Shown here in pieces: positions 26,338-34,719 of a stretch of DNA of 64,000 bases. The DNA is taken from assembly GCA_016176295.1 (NCBI GenBank), contig JACOXN010000003.1, positions 28,212 to 92,211 of the forward strand. The letters are read 5' to 3'. This DNA comes from Candidatus Giovannonibacteria bacterium. GTDB lineage: Bacteria; Patescibacteriota; Minisyncoccia; UBA11713; 2-01-FULL-45-33. Under the pieces are notes generated by a model. It was given only the letters and a program-made list of their open reading frames with translations. It was not told where the DNA came from and ran no database searches. Position 1 is the stretch's first letter. Each line of letters opens with the position of its first letter. The position numbers and the translations under genes were made by a program.

Positions 26338-27465
26338 TTAACCGGTTATTCCTTGGATTTTCTCGATTACGAATTGCTGATATTTCTGCGTTAGACCGGG
26401 AAAAATCGGGATGGAAATCTCGGATTCGTAGAATTTTTCCGCACTGGAGCAAAGCCCTTTTTTGTATCCAAGTTTCCGGTAATAAGGATGCCAATATACC
26501 GGAATATAATGGACTTGCACGCCAATGCCGGCATCGCGTAGTTTTTTAAAAACTTCCGCGCGCTTTGAATTATCTTTAAGCCTCAAAGGGTAGAGATGCC
26601 AACTCGAGCTTGCACCTTTGTATTCTTTGGGCAGAATGATATTTTTATTGTTTTTGAAAGCCTCATTATATCGCGCGACTATTTTTTTTCTTGCCACTAT
26701 GAATTTACCCAATTTTTTCAGCTGTGTAATACCAAGCGCGGCCTGCATATCCGTCATACGATAATTATGCGCCAACTCCTGCATTTCATAGTACCAATCA
26801 CCGGCTGGTGAAGTCTCTAATTTTTTAATGTCTTTCGTAATTCCATGGCTCCTGTAAAGGCAAAGTTTCTCATAAAAATCCTTGTTATTCGTTGCAATCG
26901 CCCCGCCCTCGCCTGTCGCTATTGATTTAACGGGATGGAAGCTGAACATGGTCATATCAGCGATGCCGCCGATCTTTTTGCCTTTGTATGAAGCACCCAA
27001 AGCATGGGCGGAATCTTCAAGGAGTATTAAATTGTGTTTTTTTGCCAAGACTTTAAGCTCATCCAATTTCGCGGGAAGCCCGGAATAATCCACCGGCACA
27101 ATAGCGCGTGTTCTGGGAGTTATCTTTTTTTCGACTTCCTTGGGATCTATATTTCCGGATCCTTCTTCAATATCCGCAAAAACAATTTTTGCTCCGCTCC
27201 ACAAAGCCGCGTTGGATGTTGCGGCAAAAGTGAGAGGTGTAGTTATTACCTCGTCGCCCTTTTTCAAACCTGCGGCAAAGTAAGCCGCCTCAAGAGCGGC
27301 AGTACCGTTTGAGAATGCGACGGCGAACTTAGCTCCCGCTTCCTTAGCCAGAGCTCTTTCAAATTCACCGACTTTCGGGCCTTGAGTTAAAAAATCGGAT
27401 CTCAAAACATCAACAACCGCTTTGATGTCGTCTTCACCAATAGATTGATGGCTGTAGGGAATCAT
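26338..27465 (-). CDS. pseC: UDP-4-amino-4,6-dideoxy-N-acetyl-beta-L-altrosamine transaminase (PseC-like, DegT family)
   Basis: MIPYSHQSIGEDDIKAVVDVLRSDFLTQGPKV is a PseC-type N-terminus, with FSFHPVKSIATGEGG as the PLP-lysine region. Start moved to the ATG at 27465 (the track uses an upstream TTG). Confidence 0.75.
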   Translation of the reverse strand: MIPYSHQSIGEDDIKAVVDVLRSDFLTQGPKVGEFERALAKEAGAKFAVAFSNGTAALEAAYFAAGLKKGDEVITTPLTFAATSNAALWSGAKIVFADIEEGSGNIDPKEVEKKITPRTRAIVPVDYSGLPAKLDELKVLAKKHNLILLEDSAHALGASYKGKKIGGIADMTMFSFHPVKSIATGEGGAIATNNKDFYEKLCLYRSHGITKDIKKLETSPAGDWYYEMQELAHNYRMTDMQAALGITQLKKLGKFIVARKKIVARYNEAFKNNKNIILPKEYKGASSSWHLYPLRLKDNSKRAEVFKKLRDAGIGVQVHYIPVYWHPYYRKLGYKKGLCSSAEKFYESEISIPIFPGLTQKYQQFVIEKIQGITG

Positions 27466-27477
27466 TGTATTAATTTT

Positions 27478-27527
27478 CAATTATCAATTTACAATTTTCA
27501 ATAAATGTTAAAATCATCAATTTTCAA
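27478..27527. repeat. Left inverted-repeat block flanking the four-helix-bundle ORF
   Basis: CAATTATCAAT (27478-27488) plus three AATTTTCAA 9-mers (27472, 27493, 27519). Reverse complement of the block at 27888-27929. Confidence 0.65.
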
Positions 27528-27889
27528 ACACCTCTGGATGAACGGCTAATTTTAGCAAAAATTAGAAGCAATTCATTTGCTTCTCTCCAAAATTTTTTTA
27601 TTTCTTCTGTTCGTTCTGAATTTGCTCTTGCCAGCAATCGTAACCAATGTTTCGTTTCTTTTATTTCTTTCTTCACTATGCCAATCTTATGAATAAAATC
27701 TTTTTTACTTTCCGCCTCTACTGCCTCACAATAGTTTGCCCCCGTTGATCCCGAAGAACCTACCAATTGATCAATAATTCTGCGGTTTACCACATCAATA
27801 CTTAAAGTTCTAACAAAATCAATAATTTCTTCCGCAAACTTTGCTGTTCTTTCCTCAAGATCAAACTTCTGATTTGATAATTTATCCAT
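27524..27889 (-). CDS. Four-helix-bundle protein (family formerly called '23S rRNA intervening-sequence protein')
   Basis: 121 aa. GANYCEAVEAESKKDFIHKIGIVKKEIKETKHWLRLL is the hallmark of this family. Confidence 0.8.
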   Translation of the reverse strand: MDKLSNQKFDLEERTAKFAEEIIDFVRTLSIDVVNRRIIDQLVGSSGSTGANYCEAVEAESKKDFIHKIGIVKKEIKETKHWLRLLARANSERTEEIKKFWREANELLLIFAKISRSSRGV

Positions 27890-27929
27890 TGAAAATTCAT
27901 TGATAATTGTTCATTGAAAACTGAAAATT
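27888..27929. repeat. Right inverted-repeat block flanking the four-helix-bundle ORF
   Basis: ATTGAAAATT-c-ATTGATAATTG (27888-27909), then TTGAAAACT (27914) and CTGAAAATT (27921). Overlaps the ORF start codon. Confidence 0.65.
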
Positions 27930-27947
27930 ATTTATCGAATTTCGTGC

Positions 27948-28934
27948 TTAACTTTCTAGAACTTCTTTGGCTTTTTCTAATGGCAAAAGAAAATCTTTGT
28001 GGTTGCTCACATATAAGGAGTTTACCGGGAAGTTTGGTTTATTCGCATGAACACTGGGCTCTTGGTCGGCGCTGAACTCCGGCAAAATCGCATAAAAAAG
28101 TCCGAGATCCTTTGCCCGCCTAGCCTCGTATTCCGTAATTAAAATCTCATGCATTTTTTCACCCGGACGCACTCCAACCGTTTTTAAAGTGCAGTTCGGC
28201 GCTAAAGTTTTTAGTACATCCACGACTTTCAAACTATTCATCTTGGGCACGAAGATTTCGCCTCCTTCCATAACGCCGAGCCCCGTCAAAATAACATTCA
28301 TAACATTGTCTACTTTTATCCAGAAACGAGTCATGCGCTCATCCGTGAGGGTAAGCACTCCGGTATGCTTCTGCTTCGCAACCAGCTCCACAATGCTTCC
28401 GCGGCTCCCGATGACATTGCCGTATCTTACTACGCTGAACTTGGTCTTTCCTTTCGCCCCGCGGTAAGCATTGGCAGCTATTACCAGTCTTTCCGCGCAC
28501 AGTTTGCTTGCCCCGTAAAGATTAACCGGCTGAACCGCCTTGTCCGATGATACAAAAAGAACTTTTTCAACGTTATTGTCCAAGGCGGCATCTACCACAT
28601 TTTGAGTTCCCAAAACATTTGTTTTTATAGCTTCGAGCGGATTATATTCCAAAGCCGGAACTTGTTTCAACGCCGCGGCATGCACCACAATGTCTACTCC
28701 GTTAAAAGCGCGGTCCAACCTAGGCAAGTCCCTCACGTCTCCCAAAAAATATCTTACCCTAGCGTCATTTACTTCATTTTGCATGACGCTCTGTTTAAAT
28801 TCGTCCCTGCTGAAAATTATTATCTTTTTAATATCAGGAATTGCCAGCAATTTAGCCACGAAAGCATGACCAAATGTACCGGTCCCCCCGGTTACTAAAA
28901 TTGTTTTTCCTTTTAAAAATGAATTGTCCATCAT
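27948..28934 (-). CDS. pseB: UDP-N-acetylglucosamine 4,6-dehydratase (inverting), PseB/FlaA1-like
   Basis: GKTILVTGGTGTFGHAFV, IIIFSRDEFKQ, RYFLGDVRD and YGASKLCAE (SDR YxxxK). Confidence 0.85.
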   Translation of the reverse strand: MMDNSFLKGKTILVTGGTGTFGHAFVAKLLAIPDIKKIIIFSRDEFKQSVMQNEVNDARVRYFLGDVRDLPRLDRAFNGVDIVVHAAALKQVPALEYNPLEAIKTNVLGTQNVVDAALDNNVEKVLFVSSDKAVQPVNLYGASKLCAERLVIAANAYRGAKGKTKFSVVRYGNVIGSRGSIVELVAKQKHTGVLTLTDERMTRFWIKVDNVMNVILTGLGVMEGGEIFVPKMNSLKVVDVLKTLAPNCTLKTVGVRPGEKMHEILITEYEARRAKDLGLFYAILPEFSADQEPSVHANKPNFPVNSLYVSNHKDFLLPLEKAKEVLES

Positions 28935-29085
28935 ATTATCTATCGCAATTAACGACTAGTTTATAACAATTTAACTACTTTAGCAAGCAAAAAGTTTTAA
29001 TTAATTATTAAAGATGTACGACATTTTGTTTGAAAAAGCATAGACCGAATTCTCAAATAAAAATACTTAAAAAAACCTCAGGGCT

Positions 29086-29619
29086 TTACTCCTTGAATTT
29101 TACTAAAACTACCCGGTCCACATATTTTCCATCTGACAAATATTGTTTTTTTTGTCTGAATTCTTCGTTGAAGCCGGCTTTTTTAAAAGTCTTTACTGAC
29201 CCGATATTGTCTTCATAGGTACCCGCGAGTAGTTTATGTATTTTAAAATATTTAAAAGAAAAATCCGAAAAAAGATGAATAGCTTCGGCTGCAAAACCTT
29301 TACCCCAAGAACCTTTGTCTCCAATCATAATTGCGATGCTGCCAAACCCGTGATCCCAATAAATGTCTCCCAATTTAATGGTGCCAATAAATTTATTTAA
29401 GTCTTTCCTGATTATTGCCAAAAACACCGAGTTAGAATCTGCATTCACTTTTTTGACATATTTCTTCGTAGATTCGAGGGTATGTTCAGTAAAACGGGTT
29501 TCCATATACTTACCGACCTCCTTATCGTTAAGCCAGGAACAATATTCTTCTGTGACGTCTGCCGGAGTAATGCTCCTCAAAACAATTTTTTCACCTTTGA
29601 TAAGTATTTTTTTATTCAT
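29086..29619 (-). CDS. GNAT-family N-acetyltransferase (RimJ/RimL-like)
   Basis: 177 aa with the GNAT core WGKGFAAEAI. Confidence 0.7.
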   Translation of the reverse strand: MNKKILIKGEKIVLRSITPADVTEEYCSWLNDKEVGKYMETRFTEHTLESTKKYVKKVNADSNSVFLAIIRKDLNKFIGTIKLGDIYWDHGFGSIAIMIGDKGSWGKGFAAEAIHLFSDFSFKYFKIHKLLAGTYEDNIGSVKTFKKAGFNEEFRQKKQYLSDGKYVDRVVLVKFKE

Positions 29620-29637
29620 TATTTTTAAATAATACTG

Positions 29638-30843
29638 TCACGCATTTAATTTACTACATTTTTTCTTAAACTCTCCCATCTGTTCTGCGGAAAGATGAAC
29701 CGGTCCGAAAGCTGAAGACCCTCCCCAAACGTTGTCTTTAATCCATTCCCCTTTTTCTATACGCCACACATGGGGGTCACGGAACGTGTCGGCAATGCGC
29801 CAAAATTCATCTTCGGTCATGCCCACATACTCAAGCCAATAATAAAGGTCGCTCGAAACGACATGGTCATATTTTTTTACCATTGCAATTCCTTCTTCTC
29901 TTGTCATATAGCCGTCTCGGATATCTTTTGAGGCATGGTCGGAACCTCTTCCATAGCCAAACTTTATGAATTTAAGTAAATCGTGAACTCCGTTCTCATA
30001 TCTGTCATCCAAATTAGAAAAACGCCTGTACGTCCTTTCAAACGGTTCTTGTTTCGGTTTCCACCCGTATTTTTCCTGAACCATCCTGGTATGCTGATTT
30101 GGATCCCATTTAAAGAAATTTCCTATATATAATCCCCTGATACCAACCTGCAATATTTCTTCATCAGACGGATATTTAGACCATAATAAATCTTTTTCCA
30201 AAATTTTTTCCCGAGGGTCGTTTAGCATATCATGCCATTCGAACCCCCGTAAATCATGCTCATGCCTTACTCTGGCGCTAAATTCCAAAAAATCATCCGG
30301 ATCGTACATCCCGGAAATATCCCAATTGGTCTCTCCCCATATCATCAAAGGAATTTTGAATTTAACGGCTATCTGTATAGGATAGGTCATTATTCCGCAG
30401 TGGTTATGCCAATTCATATCCCCCATTTTGCGAAAACAAAGCCTATTCAATTTTTTCAGCACTTCTACACTTGGCCCAAAAACCAAATGATCGGCGTTAA
30501 AAACTTGACGCATCCTGTCGCGATTGTAATTCCCTTCGGGAAGGTAATTATTACCATCATAAGTGACCAAAAGAGGCTTAAGGCCATACTCTGAAATCAT
30601 AACGTGAGTTTGATAATAACTGTCTTTTCCTCCGCTAACAGGGATTATACAGTCGTAGCTCGACTCATTGCTTTTCAAAATTTCATTTATGGTCTTTTCA
30701 AAAACTTCTTTTCTGCGCTTCCATTCGTCATCACCAAAACTTTTTGCCCTTTCAAACGCCCGACAACTGGAACAAATACCGTCCTCATCCATGTTGAGAT
30801 TCACGGCAATTTCAGGATATACGCAGCGGGAACAATATCTCAT
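29638..30843 (-). CDS. N-acetyl sugar amidotransferase (PP-loop ATPase; WbuX/PseA/LfnA family)
   Basis: N-terminal Cys cluster MRYCSRCVYPE..DEDGICSSCRAFE and PP-loop-like IIPVSGGKDSYYQ. Confidence 0.8.
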   Translation of the reverse strand: MRYCSRCVYPEIAVNLNMDEDGICSSCRAFERAKSFGDDEWKRRKEVFEKTINEILKSNESSYDCIIPVSGGKDSYYQTHVMISEYGLKPLLVTYDGNNYLPEGNYNRDRMRQVFNADHLVFGPSVEVLKKLNRLCFRKMGDMNWHNHCGIMTYPIQIAVKFKIPLMIWGETNWDISGMYDPDDFLEFSARVRHEHDLRGFEWHDMLNDPREKILEKDLLWSKYPSDEEILQVGIRGLYIGNFFKWDPNQHTRMVQEKYGWKPKQEPFERTYRRFSNLDDRYENGVHDLLKFIKFGYGRGSDHASKDIRDGYMTREEGIAMVKKYDHVVSSDLYYWLEYVGMTEDEFWRIADTFRDPHVWRIEKGEWIKDNVWGGSSAFGPVHLSAEQMGEFKKKCSKLNA

Positions 30844-30854
30844 AATATTATATA

Positions 30855-31664
30855 TTACTTAATGATTAATAAATCCGGAGATCGTACATTATAACCATTT
30901 TCATAAAGATAAGTTTTTGCCCGATAAACACTTTGATCCGTATAGTTAAAAATATTAGCGGCGGCAACGGCATCAACTTTTGTTTTGTCGAAGGCTTCCG
31001 CAAAATGGCCCCATTCACCGACCCCCCCTAAAGCAATAACTGGTATCTTAACACTTTCCGAAACCGCGGACAAAAGTTCTATATCATAACCTGTTTTTGC
31101 GCCATCCCTATCAATGGAATTAAGCAATATTTCTCCCGCTCCTTCAGCCTCTACGATTTTGGCCCACTTAACCGGATCATAAGAAGTTTTTTCCTGTCCG
31201 CCGCGCGACATAACCAAATATTTATCGTTTATTCGCTTTGCATCAATTGAAACAACAACACATTGTGAGCCGAATTCCCTTGCAGCATGAGCGATGAATT
31301 TCCTGTCGTCCAAAGCTTGGGTATTTATGGAAATCTTGTCCGCGCCAAGCGATAATCTTTTTTCAATATCGCTCAAGTTTTGAATTTTACCTCCCACCGT
31401 CATAGGCATGAAAGTTACTTTAGCGACATCTTCAATTATTTCTACGAAAGAACTCCGATTGGGATACCCTTGATCTTCCCTCCGAATGTCATATGTTTCT
31501 TCCTTTGAGATATCCAAATAAATGATCTCATCCGCCGCCCACTCGCTCAAACGTTTGACAGCCGTTACCGGGTTACCAAGATTCTGGTGTCGCTTAAAAC
31601 CCTTACTCTGTACAAGCCAGCCATTCTTCAAAAGCAACACAGGTATGAGCCTGTTCTTTTTCAT
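30855..31664 (-). CDS. HisF-like imidazole-glycerol-phosphate-synthase cyclase-fold subunit (WbuZ-like)
   Basis: RLIPVLLLKNG, DEIIYLDI, VGGKI and GAGEILLNSIDRDG blocks. Confidence 0.8.
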   Translation of the reverse strand: MKKNRLIPVLLLKNGWLVQSKGFKRHQNLGNPVTAVKRLSEWAADEIIYLDISKEETYDIRREDQGYPNRSSFVEIIEDVAKVTFMPMTVGGKIQNLSDIEKRLSLGADKISINTQALDDRKFIAHAAREFGSQCVVVSIDAKRINDKYLVMSRGGQEKTSYDPVKWAKIVEAEGAGEILLNSIDRDGAKTGYDIELLSAVSESVKIPVIALGGVGEWGHFAEAFDKTKVDAVAAANIFNYTDQSVYRAKTYLYENGYNVRSPDLLIIK

Positions 31665-32281
31665 CGAAGCGATAAAAAGTTTTCAAGCAGTAATTTTCCG
31701 GCCTTTTGGCTTTTTTCAGGATGAAACTGAACACCAAAAATATTGTCTTTCGAAATAATTGAATTAAATTGCTCACCGTATTCGGTTTTGGCAATTACAT
31801 TTTCATTATTTTCTTCCTTGAAAACATAGCTATGCACAAAATAAAAATCCTGATCAACTGACAGCCCGTTAAGCAATGGGGTTTGCTTGGCAATGCTTAC
31901 GTTGTTCCATCCTATATGCGGCAATGGAAGGCCCCCGGTGCTCATTTTTTTTACCTCTCCGTGAATCCACCCAAGACCTACATGCTCCCCAAACTCAAAG
32001 CCCCTGTCTGCCAGCACTTGCATCCCCACACAAATACCAAGAAACGGCTTTTTATTCCTTATAATCTCATTTTCCAAAATATCCAGATGAATTGTTTTTT
32101 TTATTTTTTCCATGGAAGTTCCGAATGCCCCGACTCCCGGAAGTATTATATGTGAGCCGGCTAAAATATCCTCAGGTCTGTTAGACACAATTACATCTTT
32201 TCCCAAAGCAAAAAGAATATTAAAAACAGATCTTACATTGCCGGAACCGTAATCTAGAATACAAATTTTTTTGGAATTCAT
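31661..32281 (-). CDS. HisH-like class I glutamine amidotransferase subunit (WbuY-like)
   Basis: ICILDYGSGNVRSV, LPGVGAFG, FLGICVGMQVL (catalytic Cys) and VQFHPEKS. Confidence 0.8.
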   Translation of the reverse strand: MNSKKICILDYGSGNVRSVFNILFALGKDVIVSNRPEDILAGSHIILPGVGAFGTSMEKIKKTIHLDILENEIIRNKKPFLGICVGMQVLADRGFEFGEHVGLGWIHGEVKKMSTGGLPLPHIGWNNVSIAKQTPLLNGLSVDQDFYFVHSYVFKEENNENVIAKTEYGEQFNSIISKDNIFGVQFHPEKSQKAGKLLLENFLSLR

Positions 32282-33282
32282 TTATTTTTTGCTACCAACC
32301 ACATGTGAGAAGAAAGTTTATTCTCCTTGAGAAAAGACTGAAACTTCCCTCCAAGGGTATCCCACTTGTCAAATAAAATGGTTTTCAAAAACGGAAACCC
32401 GGAAACGTCAAAATCTCCCGAAATAACTTTATTTCTGACAATATCGGCATCCAATTCCCCGGGAGTGAAACACTCTAAAACCTCAAAACCACCGCGTTCG
32501 AATAATAGCTGAAGAGAAGTCGGATTAAAAAGATTTATATGTTCCGCATCAATGCTTTCAGAAACCAGTCCGAGAGTTGCGATTTCAAACCCCTGATAAT
32601 TTGGACAAGTAACAATAAAAATTGAATTTGGCGCCATCAGCCTCCTGCAATTTTTTATAAAATCTTCCGGAGAATATAAATGTTCAATGACTTCAAATGC
32701 GGCAACAATATTGGGTGAAAACTGCAAAGAAGAAATATTTTCCACTGAACGCTCTAAAGTTTCTACACCCCTCTTCCGACAAGATTCTGCGCTATCTTTT
32801 CCAGGTTCAATAGCAATGACTTTTTTGAACTTGCCGGTTTTTTTTACCTCTTCCACAAAAGTGCCAAACCCGGCTCCCACTTCAACTAAGCAGTCAGTTG
32901 GTACATCTAATTTCCCGCAAATTTCGAACAATTTCTTTACTCTCGGCTTAACAATCCTCTCCCTGCGAGACGTCTCAGAACTAGGAAAAATATACTTGTT
33001 CCAATAGGCGTAATTAGCAGAATAGGCGTAAAACTCGTTCAATATTTCTGGAGTTGCCCGGGGGTTCATAAAAACTGTGCCGCATTTACGGCATTTTTCG
33101 AATTTAAAGCCGAATTTTTCAAAAACAGAATCGGGATCATTCGAGCCACAGGCCGGGCAATTAACCATGATAAACTTGTCTTTTCTGTCGCTTAAAAAAT
33201 TTATATCCTTGGCAATCGCTTGCTCCATTCCTTCTCGATATTCCTCGGGCCTTATGTCGTGTTCATTGAAACTATTATTCAT
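32278..33282 (-). CDS. SAM-dependent methyltransferase with N-terminal zinc-ribbon
   Basis: CPACGS...CRKCGTVFMNP zinc ribbon, then the LVEVGAGFGTF SAM motif. Confidence 0.75.
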   Translation of the reverse strand: MNNSFNEHDIRPEEYREGMEQAIAKDINFLSDRKDKFIMVNCPACGSNDPDSVFEKFGFKFEKCRKCGTVFMNPRATPEILNEFYAYSANYAYWNKYIFPSSETSRRERIVKPRVKKLFEICGKLDVPTDCLVEVGAGFGTFVEEVKKTGKFKKVIAIEPGKDSAESCRKRGVETLERSVENISSLQFSPNIVAAFEVIEHLYSPEDFIKNCRRLMAPNSIFIVTCPNYQGFEIATLGLVSESIDAEHINLFNPTSLQLLFERGGFEVLECFTPGELDADIVRNKVISGDFDVSGFPFLKTILFDKWDTLGGKFQSFLKENKLSSHMWLVAKNK

Positions 33283-33288
33283 AAAGAT

Positions 33289-34719
33289 CTATTTTGAAAT
33301 ATTTGCTAAAATCTTGTCTGCTAAATTCACTTTCGCTTCTTCCGGTGATATAGTAAGTTCCCTCTCCGGAACCGATTCCAAATAAGCCTGGATAGTAACA
33401 TCTCCCAAACTTTTCAAATAATTAATAACTTCTGACTCTTTTACGTCAAAACCGGACTTAATTTTCTCCAAAGCCGCACGACAAGAATCTAGGCCACTTA
33501 TCCTGAAAACACCTGGACAATCACGATACCACGGGTACCCAAAAATCAAAGCTGGCTTTGAACGTAAAATTGCTTCCCAGCCTGGTGTACCAGTTACCAC
33601 AGCAACAGTTTGAGAATTTTTTATTAAAGAAAAAGTATCTGTAACGATGGGCACCAATTTTACATTGTTTATTTTTGAAATTCTATTGTAAAAACCCGGA
33701 TATCTGGCACTCGAATAATTTAAACCGCCCCGTAACCACCATTGGCCGGGATGTTCTTTTACGTATATTGTCCAACCTTCGGGCAATGAAGCAGATAATG
33801 TATCGATCATCAAGATTTGGTCCGCGTACATGTCTCCCATGGGACTCGTGACCATCTCTGGTTGGAATCCGAGAGCAACATATATGAATTTTTCTGAAAA
33901 AACCGGAGGAACTTGCACACTTTCGTACTCTGTCTTTAAATTCATTCGAAATTGCTTAAGTGCAAATCGAAACAATTTATTAAATATGGTTCCATCTTTG
34001 ACGCTTACCAGGGTAATTTTAAGCCGCCTAAAAAAAATGTTTTTTCTGCCAGCAATCAAATTTCTATAGTGCTTCATGTAAACCGGCTCAGAATCCTTTT
34101 GCTTATCTGAGTGAATCATATAATATTGTTTTATGTCCTGGCTTAGATCATCGATTGAACAATTACTTTTTTTATTTTTTTCTATAGCGTTCCTCAAATC
34201 AGAGCTGCCATCTATCCAATCCGAATATGTTAAAACTCTGTTGGCAACCCAAGTATCGTCGAACATGACGGTTTTAATGTTCAGCATTCTGGCAAGAGAG
34301 TATATTATATAATTGTAAACAGTGTGGGGTATGGCGGGAAATATTATAGCGTCGGGCTTATATTTTTCAATTAGCCCATCCCAATATTGAAGCATATTGT
34401 AATAAATATGCCGTCGCTCATCCACACACAAAGTATCAAATTTCTTATTCATCATTGTGAGCACGATAGATTCGGTTTTGTACATCTTCTCGATCAGATC
34501 CTTGCTTGGGGGCGGAAACTCCGAGGGGTCAATACCTTTAGCCGGCTCGCATACCCAGGCATCGTAGTGGTCATGAAAAACCGTTCCCTGCAGATCGGGC
34601 GCCTTACCGTTCTCATACAAACCCACCCAATACGGAATTGAGTGCCCATTTTCTTTTAGTTTGTTTATGAGCTGTTCCATTTGAGAATATGGAGCAGCCC
34701 AGATCAAAAATAGTTTCAT
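33289..34719 (-). CDS. Capsule polysaccharide biosynthesis protein family (KpsC/KpsS-like) paralog 2
   Basis: FIYVALGFQPEMVTSPMGDMYADQILMIDTLSASLPEGWTIYVKEHPGQWW has the same core pattern as 15445-16995. Confidence 0.6.
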   Translation of the reverse strand: MKLFLIWAAPYSQMEQLINKLKENGHSIPYWVGLYENGKAPDLQGTVFHDHYDAWVCEPAKGIDPSEFPPPSKDLIEKMYKTESIVLTMMNKKFDTLCVDERRHIYYNMLQYWDGLIEKYKPDAIIFPAIPHTVYNYIIYSLARMLNIKTVMFDDTWVANRVLTYSDWIDGSSDLRNAIEKNKKSNCSIDDLSQDIKQYYMIHSDKQKDSEPVYMKHYRNLIAGRKNIFFRRLKITLVSVKDGTIFNKLFRFALKQFRMNLKTEYESVQVPPVFSEKFIYVALGFQPEMVTSPMGDMYADQILMIDTLSASLPEGWTIYVKEHPGQWWLRGGLNYSSARYPGFYNRISKINNVKLVPIVTDTFSLIKNSQTVAVVTGTPGWEAILRSKPALIFGYPWYRDCPGVFRISGLDSCRAALEKIKSGFDVKESEVINYLKSLGDVTIQAYLESVPERELTISPEEAKVNLADKILANISK

